NCBI GenBank assembly: GCA_039586365.1 | Contig: JBDHKN010000092.1 | Coordinates: forward strand, 1 to 18,008 | DNA from: Gemmatimonadota bacterium | GTDB lineage: Bacteria; Gemmatimonadota; Gemmatimonadetes; Gemmatimonadales; GWC2-71-9 | Reading direction: 5' to 3' | DNA: 18,008 nucleotides | Shown here: positions 1 through 8,230 of the stretch, in pieces | Numbering within the stretch: the stretch's first letter is position 1 | Layout of the letters: the number at the start of each line of letters is the position of its first letter | The notes under the pieces: model-generated | Told to the model about the DNA's origin: nothing | Database searches by the model: none | The model's input: the letters and a program-made list of their open reading frames with translations, nothing else | Position numbers and translations under genes: made by a program

Positions 1-220
1 TAACCGTGGCCGGAGTGACACGTTCGGCGCGCAGCGAGCAGCGGTCAGGTCAGTGGCCGTGTCGCGCGCCCTCACTTAGGCTCTTCTGATTCCAGGTCGT
101 GGCGCAATTCTCCAGTCAGACTCACCCGTCAGGTGGCCCAAGTTGCAGAAATCGGGGGACTAGCTGAAGGGTCGGTTGCGCGCCAGAGCCCGGAGAGGAT
201 CGACCAGGTGGGTGAGTGGG

Positions 221-787
221 TTACTTCGCGCCGACGGGGATCGGGTGGAATCTGGTCAACACAATCTTCCACTGCCTACTCTGTCGGGCGAACAGCACCG
301 TGTAGTTCACCGTCCAGGTCAGCTCAGCTCCATTCTCGTCGGTGGCATTGACGACAGACAGACCTTCTAGTACGGCTCCGTCAGTACCAAACACTCGGAC
401 CCTCGTCCTGCCCAATTCAGACTTGCAGGTATTCAGCTTGGCCCGCTGGTCGATGACCCAGGAGTGATGGCTCTCGACGGACGGGAAGCCCGCGGCTGGC
501 GAGAACGACCAATCGGACCAATAGCCGAGGTATCTCTCCACGTCACCCGAATCCCAGGCGGCCCACCATTCAGCGTTCATTTCGCGCACGGTTTCCGCAA
601 TCGCGGCCCGTTGTTCTCCCACCATGGCGTACTTGGGCGGTTTTCCTCTCTTCCAGCCGCGAACATAACCCGAAGTGGCCCGGCGTAGCAGCCACACTAC
701 ATAGGCTAGGGTCAATAGGAGATACACGAGGAGAATGGGCAGGAAGTGTTCTGCTACAAACGAACTGAAATCGGGCAAGATGAGCAT
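221..787 (-). CDS. DUF4440/SnoaL-like (NTF2-like fold) protein with N-terminal membrane anchor
   Basis: Hydrophobic N-terminal helix (FLPILLVYLLLTLAYVVWLL), then 'AAIAETVREMNAEWWAAWDSGDVERYL...VRVFGTDGAV...YTVLFARQSRQWKIVLTRFH', the typical DUF4440 pattern. Confidence 0.75.
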   Translation of the reverse strand: MLILPDFSSFVAEHFLPILLVYLLLTLAYVVWLLRRATSGYVRGWKRGKPPKYAMVGEQRAAIAETVREMNAEWWAAWDSGDVERYLGYWSDWSFSPAAGFPSVESHHSWVIDQRAKLNTCKSELGRTRVRVFGTDGAVLEGLSVVNATDENGAELTWTVNYTVLFARQSRQWKIVLTRFHPIPVGAK

Positions 788-994
788 GATTATGCGGCTG
801 GAGATTACGGAAGTTACCTCGCCGCCGAGTTCTGTGGGAGCCCGCAGCTAGCACCACACAGCTCAGCGTCGTAACCGGAGCACTAGGTACTCCTCGGGTC
901 AGGACGGCTCCGGGGCAAGCTGCCCCACACAGCTGGGCCCGGTGTATGTTGGCCAGCGACCCGGCAGGAACGGCACTTGCATGCCAATTGATAC

Positions 995-1606
995 ATGTCA
1001 GAGCATTCCGATACCCCCATGACGTTTGCCCCTGCACAGGCCCAGGAGATCCGCGAAATGCTCGGCTCTCGGGGAAGGACCATAGCGTGTCCGATATGTC
1101 AGGGCGAGCTCAGCGTCAGAGGACCCACCGAAAGCGGTGTCTCATTGGGTCCCATATGGCGGGTGGACTGCACGGCTTGTTTCCGAACCGCCTTTGTTGC
1201 CGCGGTGGCAGGCTACCGCCGCGACCGGCCCACCACACAGACCGCGAGGTCAGCCACGCCGACAGAGGCCAGCACGATGACACCAGCCGAATCTGATCCC
1301 CGTTTCTTCGAGGCGTTCGACTGTGTCCGGCGCACACTGGCACTGGTGGTCGGGGAATTGGTACGCCTCGACAAAGGAGAGAGGATCGATCAGGATCTCC
1401 TGGAGCAGATCACCCAACAGCTCGTGCGGACTGCCGAGCTGGTGGACAAGAAGAAGAACGGAAAGCCGGCTGCCCTGCGTTTGATGCGGCGCCGAAAATG
1501 CGTGCCGAGGCCAGCCAACCCAGGCCAGCATCCGCGGACCTTAAGCGGCGAGAGCCTGGCATCGCACCACCGGCTCACCGGCGACCGCAAACCATTACAC
1601 ATGTGA
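995..1606 (+). CDS. Zn-ribbon (CPxC...CxxC) protein, possibly fused to a second helical domain starting at M1277
   Basis: CPICQ...CTAC motif. The N-terminal ~75 aa align with ORF 16806..17051. A low-complexity linker leads to an internal ATG (1277) preceded by AGAGG. Confidence 0.6.
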   Translation: MSEHSDTPMTFAPAQAQEIREMLGSRGRTIACPICQGELSVRGPTESGVSLGPIWRVDCTACFRTAFVAAVAGYRRDRPTTQTARSATPTEASTMTPAESDPRFFEAFDCVRRTLALVVGELVRLDKGERIDQDLLEQITQQLVRTAELVDKKKNGKPAALRLMRRRKCVPRPANPGQHPRTLSGESLASHHRLTGDRKPLHM

Positions 1607-1867
1607 CCGATTCACAGAGGCCCATGTAAGACCGATCGGACGTAGGTCCCACCACGAACCCCAGCAAGCCCCATATCCGGTAGTAGGCACTCAGCCAGAT
1701 CCCCACTCCACCCACACCCTGATTGCGTGCACGCCGCACGCATCCTTCGCCTCAGGCACGCAGCGGTTGCCTGTTCAAGTGACCTGAAACGGCCTTCCTG
1801 GGGTATAGACGAGTGAGTTGCAGCCCAGTTCTTCTGTCAAGCGATTTGCTCGCTCGAGGAGGCCAAT

Positions 1868-2239
1868 ATGAGAACGCTCATGTTGACTGCCGTTGGCATC
1901 TTGCTTGTGGCATGTGGACCCAGGACACCTATTCCGAACATCAACGGATTGGCGCACCAAGAACAAGCCGCAATCAGAAGCGTGAGGATCTACAGCGAGA
2001 CTCAGCTGGCCAACGTGGACTACTCAGTTCTGGGTGTTGTGGACGGCTTTTCCTGTGCGAGTCCGACTTGGGTGCTGGGACACGACGCCAGGGTCGTGGA
2101 ACAGCTGAAGTATCATGCCTGGACCCTGGGGGCAAACGGTCTAGCACACATACAGTACAGCACGGGCGCGGGTGCGTCAGAATGTGAGGAGGCCGTTGCT
2201 GCAACCGGAGATGCGATACGCGTATCAGATGCCACTTGA
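1868..2239 (+). CDS. RcsF/YbjQ-like lipoprotein
   Basis: GAGGAGG RBS; lipobox LLVAC; 'YSVLGVVDGFSC...EQLKYHAWTLGANGL...C...ATGDAIRV' matches the RcsF/YbjQ-like fold pattern with a Cys pair. Confidence 0.65.
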   Translation: MRTLMLTAVGILLVACGPRTPIPNINGLAHQEQAAIRSVRIYSETQLANVDYSVLGVVDGFSCASPTWVLGHDARVVEQLKYHAWTLGANGLAHIQYSTGAGASECEEAVAATGDAIRVSDAT

Positions 2240-2412
2240 CCAAGCGGTTCCTCATCAGGGCAGACCAGAGCCTTCCGGGCGGGCCGCACCTTTCGACTGA
2301 GCGCCGCCAGTTCCGCCGGGCGACAGCGGCGCGCCCTTGCCTCAACAAGCCCCTGGGGTTGCATTTCTTACTGTATGGCGGTCAGCAGGAACCCGGCTAC
2401 AGGAGATGGCAG

Positions 2413-2631
2413 ATGGCAGGATCCGACGAACTCAACTGCACCGACTGTGGTGCCAAGATCACCGGCGTGCCTGTCGTTCCGGCGAACGGTGAGGGTCCAA
2501 CCCAGGCGCAAGTCGAGAAACTCAAGCCCACCGTCTATCTGTGCGTGGAGTGCGCGGAGGAGCGTGGCCTGTCATTCGACCAGATAGCCATCGGACGAAT
2601 GGGGGAAGAAACTCCACCTGCAGCACCCTGA
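2413..2631 (+). CDS. Small Zn-finger protein (CxxC...CxxC), 72 aa
   Basis: AGGAG at 2401-2405 precedes ATG 2413 (internal to track ORF 2236..2631). CTDC and CVEC motifs. Confidence 0.65.
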   Translation: MAGSDELNCTDCGAKITGVPVVPANGEGPTQAQVEKLKPTVYLCVECAEERGLSFDQIAIGRMGEETPPAAP

Positions 2632-3064
2632 GACCGGTCCGATCGCGTAAGGTTCGGGAGCCCGTTGCTCGCGGCGAGAGTGAGCTTGCTCTCGTCGAGG
2701 GAGAGCTTCCCCGGACCGTGCGGAATAGCAGCCACAGCCAGGGGAAACTCACGCCAGCTGGGAGAAGAGTGACCAACGTGGTGGGGAAGCTCGCTCTTAT
2801 CGCGGGGAAGCCGACCAGTCGCCGTGGTCGCTCTGCTCACACGGTGAGGAGCATCACTATCGCCAGGAGTCAGCTCCCCGTGGCGGCCGCAACCCTTCTA
2901 AGCTGCGCTTAAATCTCTACTCTACAACGAGTTAGGCAACCGGCGACCGGGGGAGACTACCTAGGTTGCCCGGGGCCCCCGATAAAACTCGCCTTGGAAC
3001 CAGCAAGCTCGCCAGGAGACCCGACGGAACGACGGTTAGCACTGTGCCGACCGTCCCGCCGCCA

Positions 3065-3538
3065 CTACTCCGGACTGGGAAGCGGCGTGTCGGAGTTCCA
3101 GATCACCGCTTGCCACAACCAGGAATCGTCCTCCTGCTCCTTGGCGATCGCAATGTACTTACCGGTCTCGGTGATCGGCTCGGTCATGCCTTCCGCCATG
3201 CCTGTCCACGACCACGTGCCACGATCATACGCCAGGTCGCCCCGCCCGTCGATCTCAGCGGAAGTGACCGTGAATGCCTGCGCAACACCCTGCTCTCCCT
3301 CATACCCCGCCCGGATAGCCGTCAGCCCCATTCTGACCGGCGTATTGGGAGGCATCTCGACAGCGTCTTCGGTGTACAACGCCACAACTGCGTCCACGTC
3401 CCCAGTCAACACGGCTTGCGCGTAGGTGACTCCGAGCTGTCTCACTGCCGCGGAGTCTTCAGGAGATAGAGGACCGGCTTCGGACTCGCATGCTGCCAGC
3501 AAGGCCAGGCCGACGGCGACAGCGAAAAAACGACGCAT
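3065..3538 (-). CDS. DUF4440/YybH (SnoaL-like) lipoprotein
   Basis: AGGAGG RBS before MRRFF; lipobox LLAAC; 'GDVDAVVALYTEDAVEMPPN...GDLAYDRGTW...GKYIAI...W'. Confidence 0.85.
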   Translation of the reverse strand: MRRFFAVAVGLALLAACESEAGPLSPEDSAAVRQLGVTYAQAVLTGDVDAVVALYTEDAVEMPPNTPVRMGLTAIRAGYEGEQGVAQAFTVTSAEIDGRGDLAYDRGTWSWTGMAEGMTEPITETGKYIAIAKEQEDDSWLWQAVIWNSDTPLPSPE

Positions 3539-3584
3539 AGATACCTCCTGGTGTCTTGGGTAACGACTCGAGCATAACCATGGC

Positions 3585-3613
3585 AAGCTACCGGCAGTCA
3601 CCGAAGCTGGTAA
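3585..3613 (-). promoter_or_regulatory. Candidate sigma70-type promoter TTACCA-N17-TAGCTT
   Basis: Upstream of the 3538 start. The same -10 hexamer with 17-18 bp spacing recurs at 7265, 12302, 15295 and 16642. Confidence 0.45.
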
Positions 3614-3664
3614 GGATGGGCTGCAGCAGGCGAACCTCGGCTACCAGGACGCAGCTCGGCTGCC

Positions 3665-3682
3665 CGGCGGCCGAAGCCGCCG
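3665..3682 (-). other. 7-bp GC hairpin with c(UUCG)g tetraloop, possible mRNA 3'-end or stability element
   Basis: Minus strand CGGCGGC-TTCG-GCCGCCG downstream of the barrel gene. No clear U-tract. Confidence 0.4.
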
Positions 3683-3876
3683 AATCAGCTCCGCGATGAT
3701 ACCACCGCCTGGTGAGGCGGCACGCCAACGCTCTCACCAGCAAGGACTAAGTAGTGGTACCCCCGCACGCAGAGGTACGGGGGACTTGACGGTGAAATCC
3801 GCCGCAGTGGAGAGCATCGCTACGAGACGAGGCCGTGGCGCCCAGAGGCAGCGAGCGACCGCGCTATGCCAAGAGG

Positions 3877-5010
3877 CTAGAAATGCAGATGCAGCTCCAG
3901 GCTGACTCGATCGAGGTCCGTGGTGACTTGCGGAATGTCATCCAGCATCGTGTAGTATCCTGCCAGTTGCACAAAGGACATCGGAAACCACTCCAAGCCG
4001 AACCTCATCCGGATGCGCTGATCCTCCACAATGTTTCGGTTGGGATCGTGATATCCATAGGTGACCTTGGCGTTGAGACCTTTGGCGGCGAGGAGATTGC
4101 CCTCCACGTAGGCCACGAACTGATCGGGGGGACCATTGGCCGTTGCCAGCGTGTCGCTCGTGTCGTCGAAGATGTAATCCACTTCGCCCAGCACGGTCAG
4201 TGGGCCCAGGTTGAACCCGCCGAATCCGCCCGTCTTGTCCGTGTTGCTTGCCGCGTCGCTGTTGTGCGAATAGGATCCACCGACGCGGAAATGTCGATTT
4301 ATGTAGGCGGCGCTGGTCGTGAGCTGCTTCTGGCTGTCGTTCTCGACCGAGCCTGTGGTGCCGTTGGAAACCGCAACGACGAGTGAAAACGGCCCCGGCT
4401 CCATGCCGACTTCGACACCAATGTCGGGTGTGCGGTAGGTGAACCCGGTCTGCTGGCGTATGTAGGCCTCGTCGTCCCACAGCCTCCAGCCATAGGGCAG
4501 CATGAACTTGCCCGCCTTCACGTAGGCATTGAGAGGCAAACCCTCCCACAGTCCAAAGGCCTCGCGGGCAGTGGCCGCGGCGGGTCCGAGCGTCTGATCC
4601 ACATAGAACGACAACACGTTCGCGATCAGACGCGCCTGGATCTGTATTTGAGCTTCCTGAATCGCGACTTCTGAGCGCGGCGTGGCTTCCGACACGGTAG
4701 CCGCTGCCAACACCCGCAAGTCCATGCCCAGCGCGACCCAATCATTCAACGCGCGGGTCCTGATCCCTACCGTACGGGTGGGAAGTTGGGTCTGTGCCCA
4801 GGCGCTTCCGAAGTCATTGCGTCCGCCACCACCGGTACGATTGACGTGGCATTGTGCACACTTGAGCCCGGTTCGGATCGCCAAGTGGGGTTCTTCTCCC
4901 CACAGCCGCGAGGCCGCCACATGTCCGGCCAACAAGACCGCTGTGGTCAAGCCGACCCGACACAGCAGGACCCCATTGGGGGTCGGTCGATCAGTTGTTC
5001 TGCGCGCCAT
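3877..5010 (-). CDS. Outer-membrane beta-barrel (porin-like) protein with N-terminal CxxCH heme-c motif
   Basis: Signal-like N-terminus, CAQCH motif followed by 'VNRTGGGGRNDFG', amphipathic beta-strands, 'YVKAGKFMLPYG', and C-terminal Phe (LHLHF). Confidence 0.75.
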   Translation of the reverse strand: MARRTTDRPTPNGVLLCRVGLTTAVLLAGHVAASRLWGEEPHLAIRTGLKCAQCHVNRTGGGGRNDFGSAWAQTQLPTRTVGIRTRALNDWVALGMDLRVLAAATVSEATPRSEVAIQEAQIQIQARLIANVLSFYVDQTLGPAAATAREAFGLWEGLPLNAYVKAGKFMLPYGWRLWDDEAYIRQQTGFTYRTPDIGVEVGMEPGPFSLVVAVSNGTTGSVENDSQKQLTTSAAYINRHFRVGGSYSHNSDAASNTDKTGGFGGFNLGPLTVLGEVDYIFDDTSDTLATANGPPDQFVAYVEGNLLAAKGLNAKVTYGYHDPNRNIVEDQRIRMRFGLEWFPMSFVQLAGYYTMLDDIPQVTTDLDRVSLELHLHF

Positions 5011-5440
5011 CGGTTATCCACTGACGAATGATGTTTATCTGTGTCTGCGACAGGGGCGTACGACCAAGCGGCATCTGCCCACCACTTCCTCCGACACTGC
5101 CTTGGGTACCCTGGATCTTGTGAACCAGGTAGCTGGAGTCCGGTTCGCTGGGTCTCACCCGGAGTAAGCTCGACTCGTTGGACTGGACGTTGACGATGTT
5201 GGCGTAGGCCTGTCCGTCACTGAGGTTCATGCCCTGGGCTGGATTCGAGCCCGCGTGACAGCCGGAGAAGGCGCAGTTGGCGGTGAAGATGGGTTGCACA
5301 GCAGCGGCGAAGCCAGTCCCGGCACCGTTCCCATTGCCGTTATCGTCGCTGGGGTCCACTACGCCCGAACCATCTCCGGAGCATGCCAGCCCCACGACCA
5401 CCGAGCACATCGCTGCCATTCGCATTACACGTGAGTTCAT
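4991..5440 (-). CDS. Cytochrome c-like lipoprotein (CX4CH; planctomycete cytochrome C-like domain)
   Basis: GGAGG RBS before M5440; lipobox VGLAC; G/N-rich linker; 'VQPIFTANCAFSGCH...LRVRPSEPDSSYLVHKI...QMP...IRQWITDGA'. Confidence 0.75.
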   Translation of the reverse strand: MNSRVMRMAAMCSVVVGLACSGDGSGVVDPSDDNGNGNGAGTGFAAAVQPIFTANCAFSGCHAGSNPAQGMNLSDGQAYANIVNVQSNESSLLRVRPSEPDSSYLVHKIQGTQGSVGGSGGQMPLGRTPLSQTQINIIRQWITDGAQNN

Positions 5441-5588
5441 CGAAGCCTCCTCGATTGGAGAACAGGGAAACGCTGAGCTGCGTTCCAGATTCACGGAAAC
5501 CAGTCAGCTGTAACCATGGTTTCTATGGCCCACGGTTCGGGCTACGTACCAGGCTCCAGCTACGCTTTCTCAGCAATTCGACTCGGCG

Positions 5589-5786
5589 GCTGTTGCTCGT
5601 CGAGAGTTGGAGCGGAGCGTAGATTGGACGGAAGGCCGGGAGGCTCGTGGCCAAGGAGATTACTGCCAACGATGCGCCACAGATCGCCGCGGTCCCAGTT
5701 GTCCGGTCAGTGAATTAGAGGGCGCCCACGCCGAGCGCAGGCACAGTCCGCAGCCAAGGTTCGAGTGTGCCCACGTTCCTCAGCAT
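5589..5786 (-). pseudogene. YgaP/DUF2892-family membrane protein pseudogene
   Basis: GGGAG RBS. Translation is MLRNVGTLEPWLRTVPALGVGAL*FTDRTTGTAAICGASLAVISLATSLPAFRPIYAPLQLSTS, with an in-frame TAA at 5715-5717. The family FCP motif reads FRP. Confidence 0.75.
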
Positions 5787-5888
5787 GGCCGTCTCCCTGC
5801 ACTGAAATGGTTCGACGCTACTGAAAGCGGCGAGGACTGCGGTTCCTGTGTCAGGGACGCGGCCTCGTCTTTCCTGCGCTCTGAACCG

Positions 5889-5930
5889 AAACTAGGGACG
5901 CTTGCGGAGTCTGTCCGTGACTATGTCACA
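5889..5930 (-). promoter_or_regulatory. Palindrome GTGAC-N3-GTCAC (5917-5929) plus -10 TAGTTT (5889-5894); candidate class II Crp/Fnr-activated promoter
   Basis: The perfect inverted repeat lies just after the crp stop and is centred about 41 bp upstream of the inferred transcription start. Confidence 0.5.
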
Positions 5931-5935
5931 GAGCG

Positions 5936-6601
5936 CTAACGCTTACCCAGCGCGCGAAGACCGTCGATGTCAGCGACCGTGATGCTGCCGCGCGCCAGAG
6001 TCACCAACCCCGCTCTCTCGAAGTCCTTGAGTAGTCGGGAGATGACTTCCCGCGAACTGCCGAGTTCGGCTGCCACCGCTTCGTGCGTGGTTTGGATGGA
6101 GGCACTGCCCTGTCTTAGGGTTACCGCAGTGAGGTATTCGATAAGGCGAACGTCCAGCCGGCGGAAAGCCACTTCCTCCACAACGGCAATGACGGAATCG
6201 AGCCGCCGTGCCAGTAGGTCGAATACGTAGCCACGCCAGATCTGGAATCGATTCACCCAATCCCGGAAGGTCTCGGCCGGAATGGCGTACGCCTCCACTG
6301 GTGCCTCGGCGACTGCACATGCTGGGAATTCGGCGTCGCTCAGAATACATGCCGCCGTCAAGATACATCCTTCCCCCGACTCCAGGCGATACAGTGTGAT
6401 CTCCCTCCCCGTCTCGCCGGTTTTGTGCACTCGCACCGTACCCGACAGAACCAGTGGCATGTGCGCGCACTCACCACCTTCAGCACAGATGACCTGACCG
6501 GTGGGCACGCTCACTTCGGTGCCGCGTGTCGCCAACAGATCGAGAATATTCGTCTCGGCGTGGGCGAGGAATGGGAACGCCTCACGCACCCTTCGTGACA
6601 T
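5936..6601 (-). CDS. Crp/Fnr family transcriptional regulator
   Basis: cNMP-like domain 'LVLSGTVRVHKTGETGREITLYRLESGEGCILTAAC' and HTH 'TTHEAVAAELGSSREVISRLLKDFE'. Confidence 0.95.
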   Translation of the reverse strand: MSRRVREAFPFLAHAETNILDLLATRGTEVSVPTGQVICAEGGECAHMPLVLSGTVRVHKTGETGREITLYRLESGEGCILTAACILSDAEFPACAVAEAPVEAYAIPAETFRDWVNRFQIWRGYVFDLLARRLDSVIAVVEEVAFRRLDVRLIEYLTAVTLRQGSASIQTTHEAVAAELGSSREVISRLLKDFERAGLVTLARGSITVADIDGLRALGKR

Positions 6602-6732
6602 TGCTACCTCGTCGTTGTTGTGTGCCGGACAGAATCCCGTGTGGTTTTTTACGCGCAGCAGACGTCCATGCTTGGACTGGTCTGGTTGCAGTGAAGGTGC
6701 GCTCAGCGGGACTTCGCACCGCGGTTCCTATG

Positions 6733-6891
6733 TCAGCTCAGTATGATCGTTAGCAGCACACCAAACAAGACGGCCACAACTGCCAACAGCGCCCAGATGT
6801 CGCCCCAAGCACCCTGCTTCGGTTTGCGCATCCGGCCCTCGGACAACCGATCCAGCTGCCGCTTGATTCCACTTGGAGTGAGTCTTGGCAC
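6733..6891 (-). CDS. Small tail-anchored membrane protein, 52 aa (below ORF-track cutoff)
   Basis: AAGGAG RBS and GTG start. MPRLTPSGIKRQLDRLSEGRMRKPKQGAWGDIWALLAVVAVLFGVLLTIILS has a basic N-terminus and a C-terminal TM helix. Confidence 0.6.
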   Translation of the reverse strand: MPRLTPSGIKRQLDRLSEGRMRKPKQGAWGDIWALLAVVAVLFGVLLTIILS

Positions 6892-6936
6892 GCGAGCTGC
6901 TCCTTGCTGCTCAACGGCAGTCCGTGTAGTGCGGCC

Positions 6937-7236
6937 TCAGGGAATGGAGTCGTTGCACTCCGGTATCCGGCCGAAGGCCCTATGATGCTCACGCAAGAGC
7001 TCCCGCTGCCGCGCGATCGGCCTGCCATGAGCCTCCGCTCTGAAATGCGTAGCTCTCTGAGTGCAGTCACCGGCGTGCCCCGCAAGGTGCTGGCGCAGTC
7101 GCGAGCGAACGCTATCTCTGGCTGTTCCGAAGTACACTGTCTCGCTGCTAGTCTCGAGCAGATAGACACCGGGCGAGTCGGGCGCCCTGTCCAGGTTCTC
7201 CAGCCTGAACGGGACGTGGTCCCCCATCATATGCAC
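6937..7236 (-). CDS. Small stand-alone GIY-YIG nuclease-like protein
   Basis: AGGAGG RBS; 'PDSPGVYLL...VYFG...VRSRLRQH...ATHF...RELL...PECN'. Confidence 0.75.
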   Translation of the reverse strand: MHMMGDHVPFRLENLDRAPDSPGVYLLETSSETVYFGTARDSVRSRLRQHLAGHAGDCTQRATHFRAEAHGRPIARQRELLREHHRAFGRIPECNDSIP

Positions 7237-7264
7237 TGTACCTCCTAATGTGGTCCCAACGTCA

Positions 7265-7293
7265 AAGCTAGTGGGCAGAGACGGCCCTGAGAA
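7265..7293 (-). promoter_or_regulatory. Candidate promoter TTCTCA-N17-TAGCTT
   Basis: Upstream of the GIY-YIG-like gene RBS; recurring -10 hexamer. Confidence 0.4.
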
Positions 7294-7521
7294 GACAGTC
7301 CGGCTCGAATGTGGTTGCTGTGTGCAGAGCTGGTCAGTGACACGGTCCGCCTCGCCCCCATGGCGCTTTCAGGTGGCGGGGTCGCAGGTCAAAACAAGCC
7401 ACACTCGGAGGCATCCCCATGTGGGCTACGGTCTTCTGCCATACCCGCTCGTGGATTGCACCTACCCTGCCCGAACGCAAGTCGGAACTTTGCCTCAGCT
7501 CAAGCTCAACCCACGGTCGAA

Positions 7522-7788
7522 CTACCTGATCGTCTCACCATCTGCGAGGTTGTACAACCACGCCAAGATCGCTCCGCAGACCGCCCCATCCACACCCCCG
7601 TACAGCGCTGCAATTATCACCGATCCAAAACCTGCTGGACCGTGATAACCGGGATAAACTGATGCCATCAGCTCCAGAAACGCCACGCCGTAGGCCGGAA
7701 AGATCAGGTTGGCGATCCCGACAAGCAGCATGCATCCGCCCATCAGCACGGCACCGACGATAGCCAGAGCCTTGATGTTGAGTGACAT
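7522..7788 (-). CDS. Small two-TM membrane protein (DUF5676 / 'bacteriophage holin'-annotated family)
   Basis: AGGAGG RBS before MSLNIKALA; 'LMASVYPGY...G...YGGVDGAVCGAILAWLYN' family signature. Confidence 0.7.
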   Translation of the reverse strand: MSLNIKALAIVGAVLMGGCMLLVGIANLIFPAYGVAFLELMASVYPGYHGPAGFGSVIIAALYGGVDGAVCGAILAWLYNLADGETIR

Positions 7789-8003
7789 GGGAACCTCCTG
7801 GTGGAAGACAGTCGAGTCCGGCAAACGTACACGCCGGCCCGCTGCCGGCCAGTGGACACTTCCGGCTTCCCGCTATGGGATCAGGTGCGCTGCTAGGACA
7901 TGGGCAGATCTACGGCCGATCCTTGGAAGAATCGACATATGAGAGATCGAGCAACACACGAAAACAGGTCCGCAACTTCTTGCGACCCTTTCGCTTACTT
8001 CAG

Positions 8004-8056
8004 TGCCCGCGGAGAGACTCGAACTCTCACGGAGTTGCCCCCACGGCATTTTGAGT
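8004..8056 (-). pseudogene. 3' fragment of tRNA-Leu(CAA), probable att-site duplication
   Basis: Minus strand: A-CTCAAAA (anticodon loop), TGCCG, variable arm GGGG-GCAA-CTCC, T arm GAGAG-TTCGAGT-CTCTC, acceptor 3' strand CGCGGGC-A. The 5' anticodon strand (GTGGA) does not pair, and the D arm and acceptor 5' strand are absent. Confidence 0.85.
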
Positions 8057-8210
8057 CCACTTACCTAGCTGAATAGCCTGCACAAACACAACACAGACTG
8101 CACGAGGCCGCCAGTCCTTAAGAAGTTCCCCCACAACAACATACGTCATGTCGGGCTCAGACCGTGAGAACGAGCTCGTGTGCATCCTGCGCAGGGCGTT
8201 CTCTTCAGTT

Positions 8211-8230
8211 AGGGAACAGAAAGGGAACAG
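8211..8230. repeat. Tandem direct repeat AGGGAACAG x2 (11-bp period), candidate integrase arm-type sites
   Basis: Exact 9-bp repeats at 8211-8219 and 8222-8230, about 155 bp inside the tRNA fragment. Confidence 0.45.

Noticed and set aside
1602..1616. TGTGA-N5-TCACA, similar to the 5917 palindrome
   Set aside because: It overlaps a stop codon and has no properly spaced -10 element in either direction.
1769..1799. Possible third, minus-strand copy of sRNA stem 1 (AGGAAGGCCGTTTCAGGTCACTTGAACAGGC)
   Set aside because: It shares the TTCAGG...TGAACA core but lacks the GGAGGC/GCCTCC base, the stem 2 sequence and the promoter. Worth rescoring with a covariance model, but not supportable now.
3005..3025. 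GCCAGGAGACC, similar to the 3' B12 box of cobalamin riboswitches
   Set aside because: No upstream GGGAA/GGTG core or CCCGCAACTGT element, and no + strand gene downstream.
8004..8090. Intact tRNA-Leu gene
   Set aside because: The 5' half (acceptor 5' strand, D arm, 5' anticodon strand) is absent.
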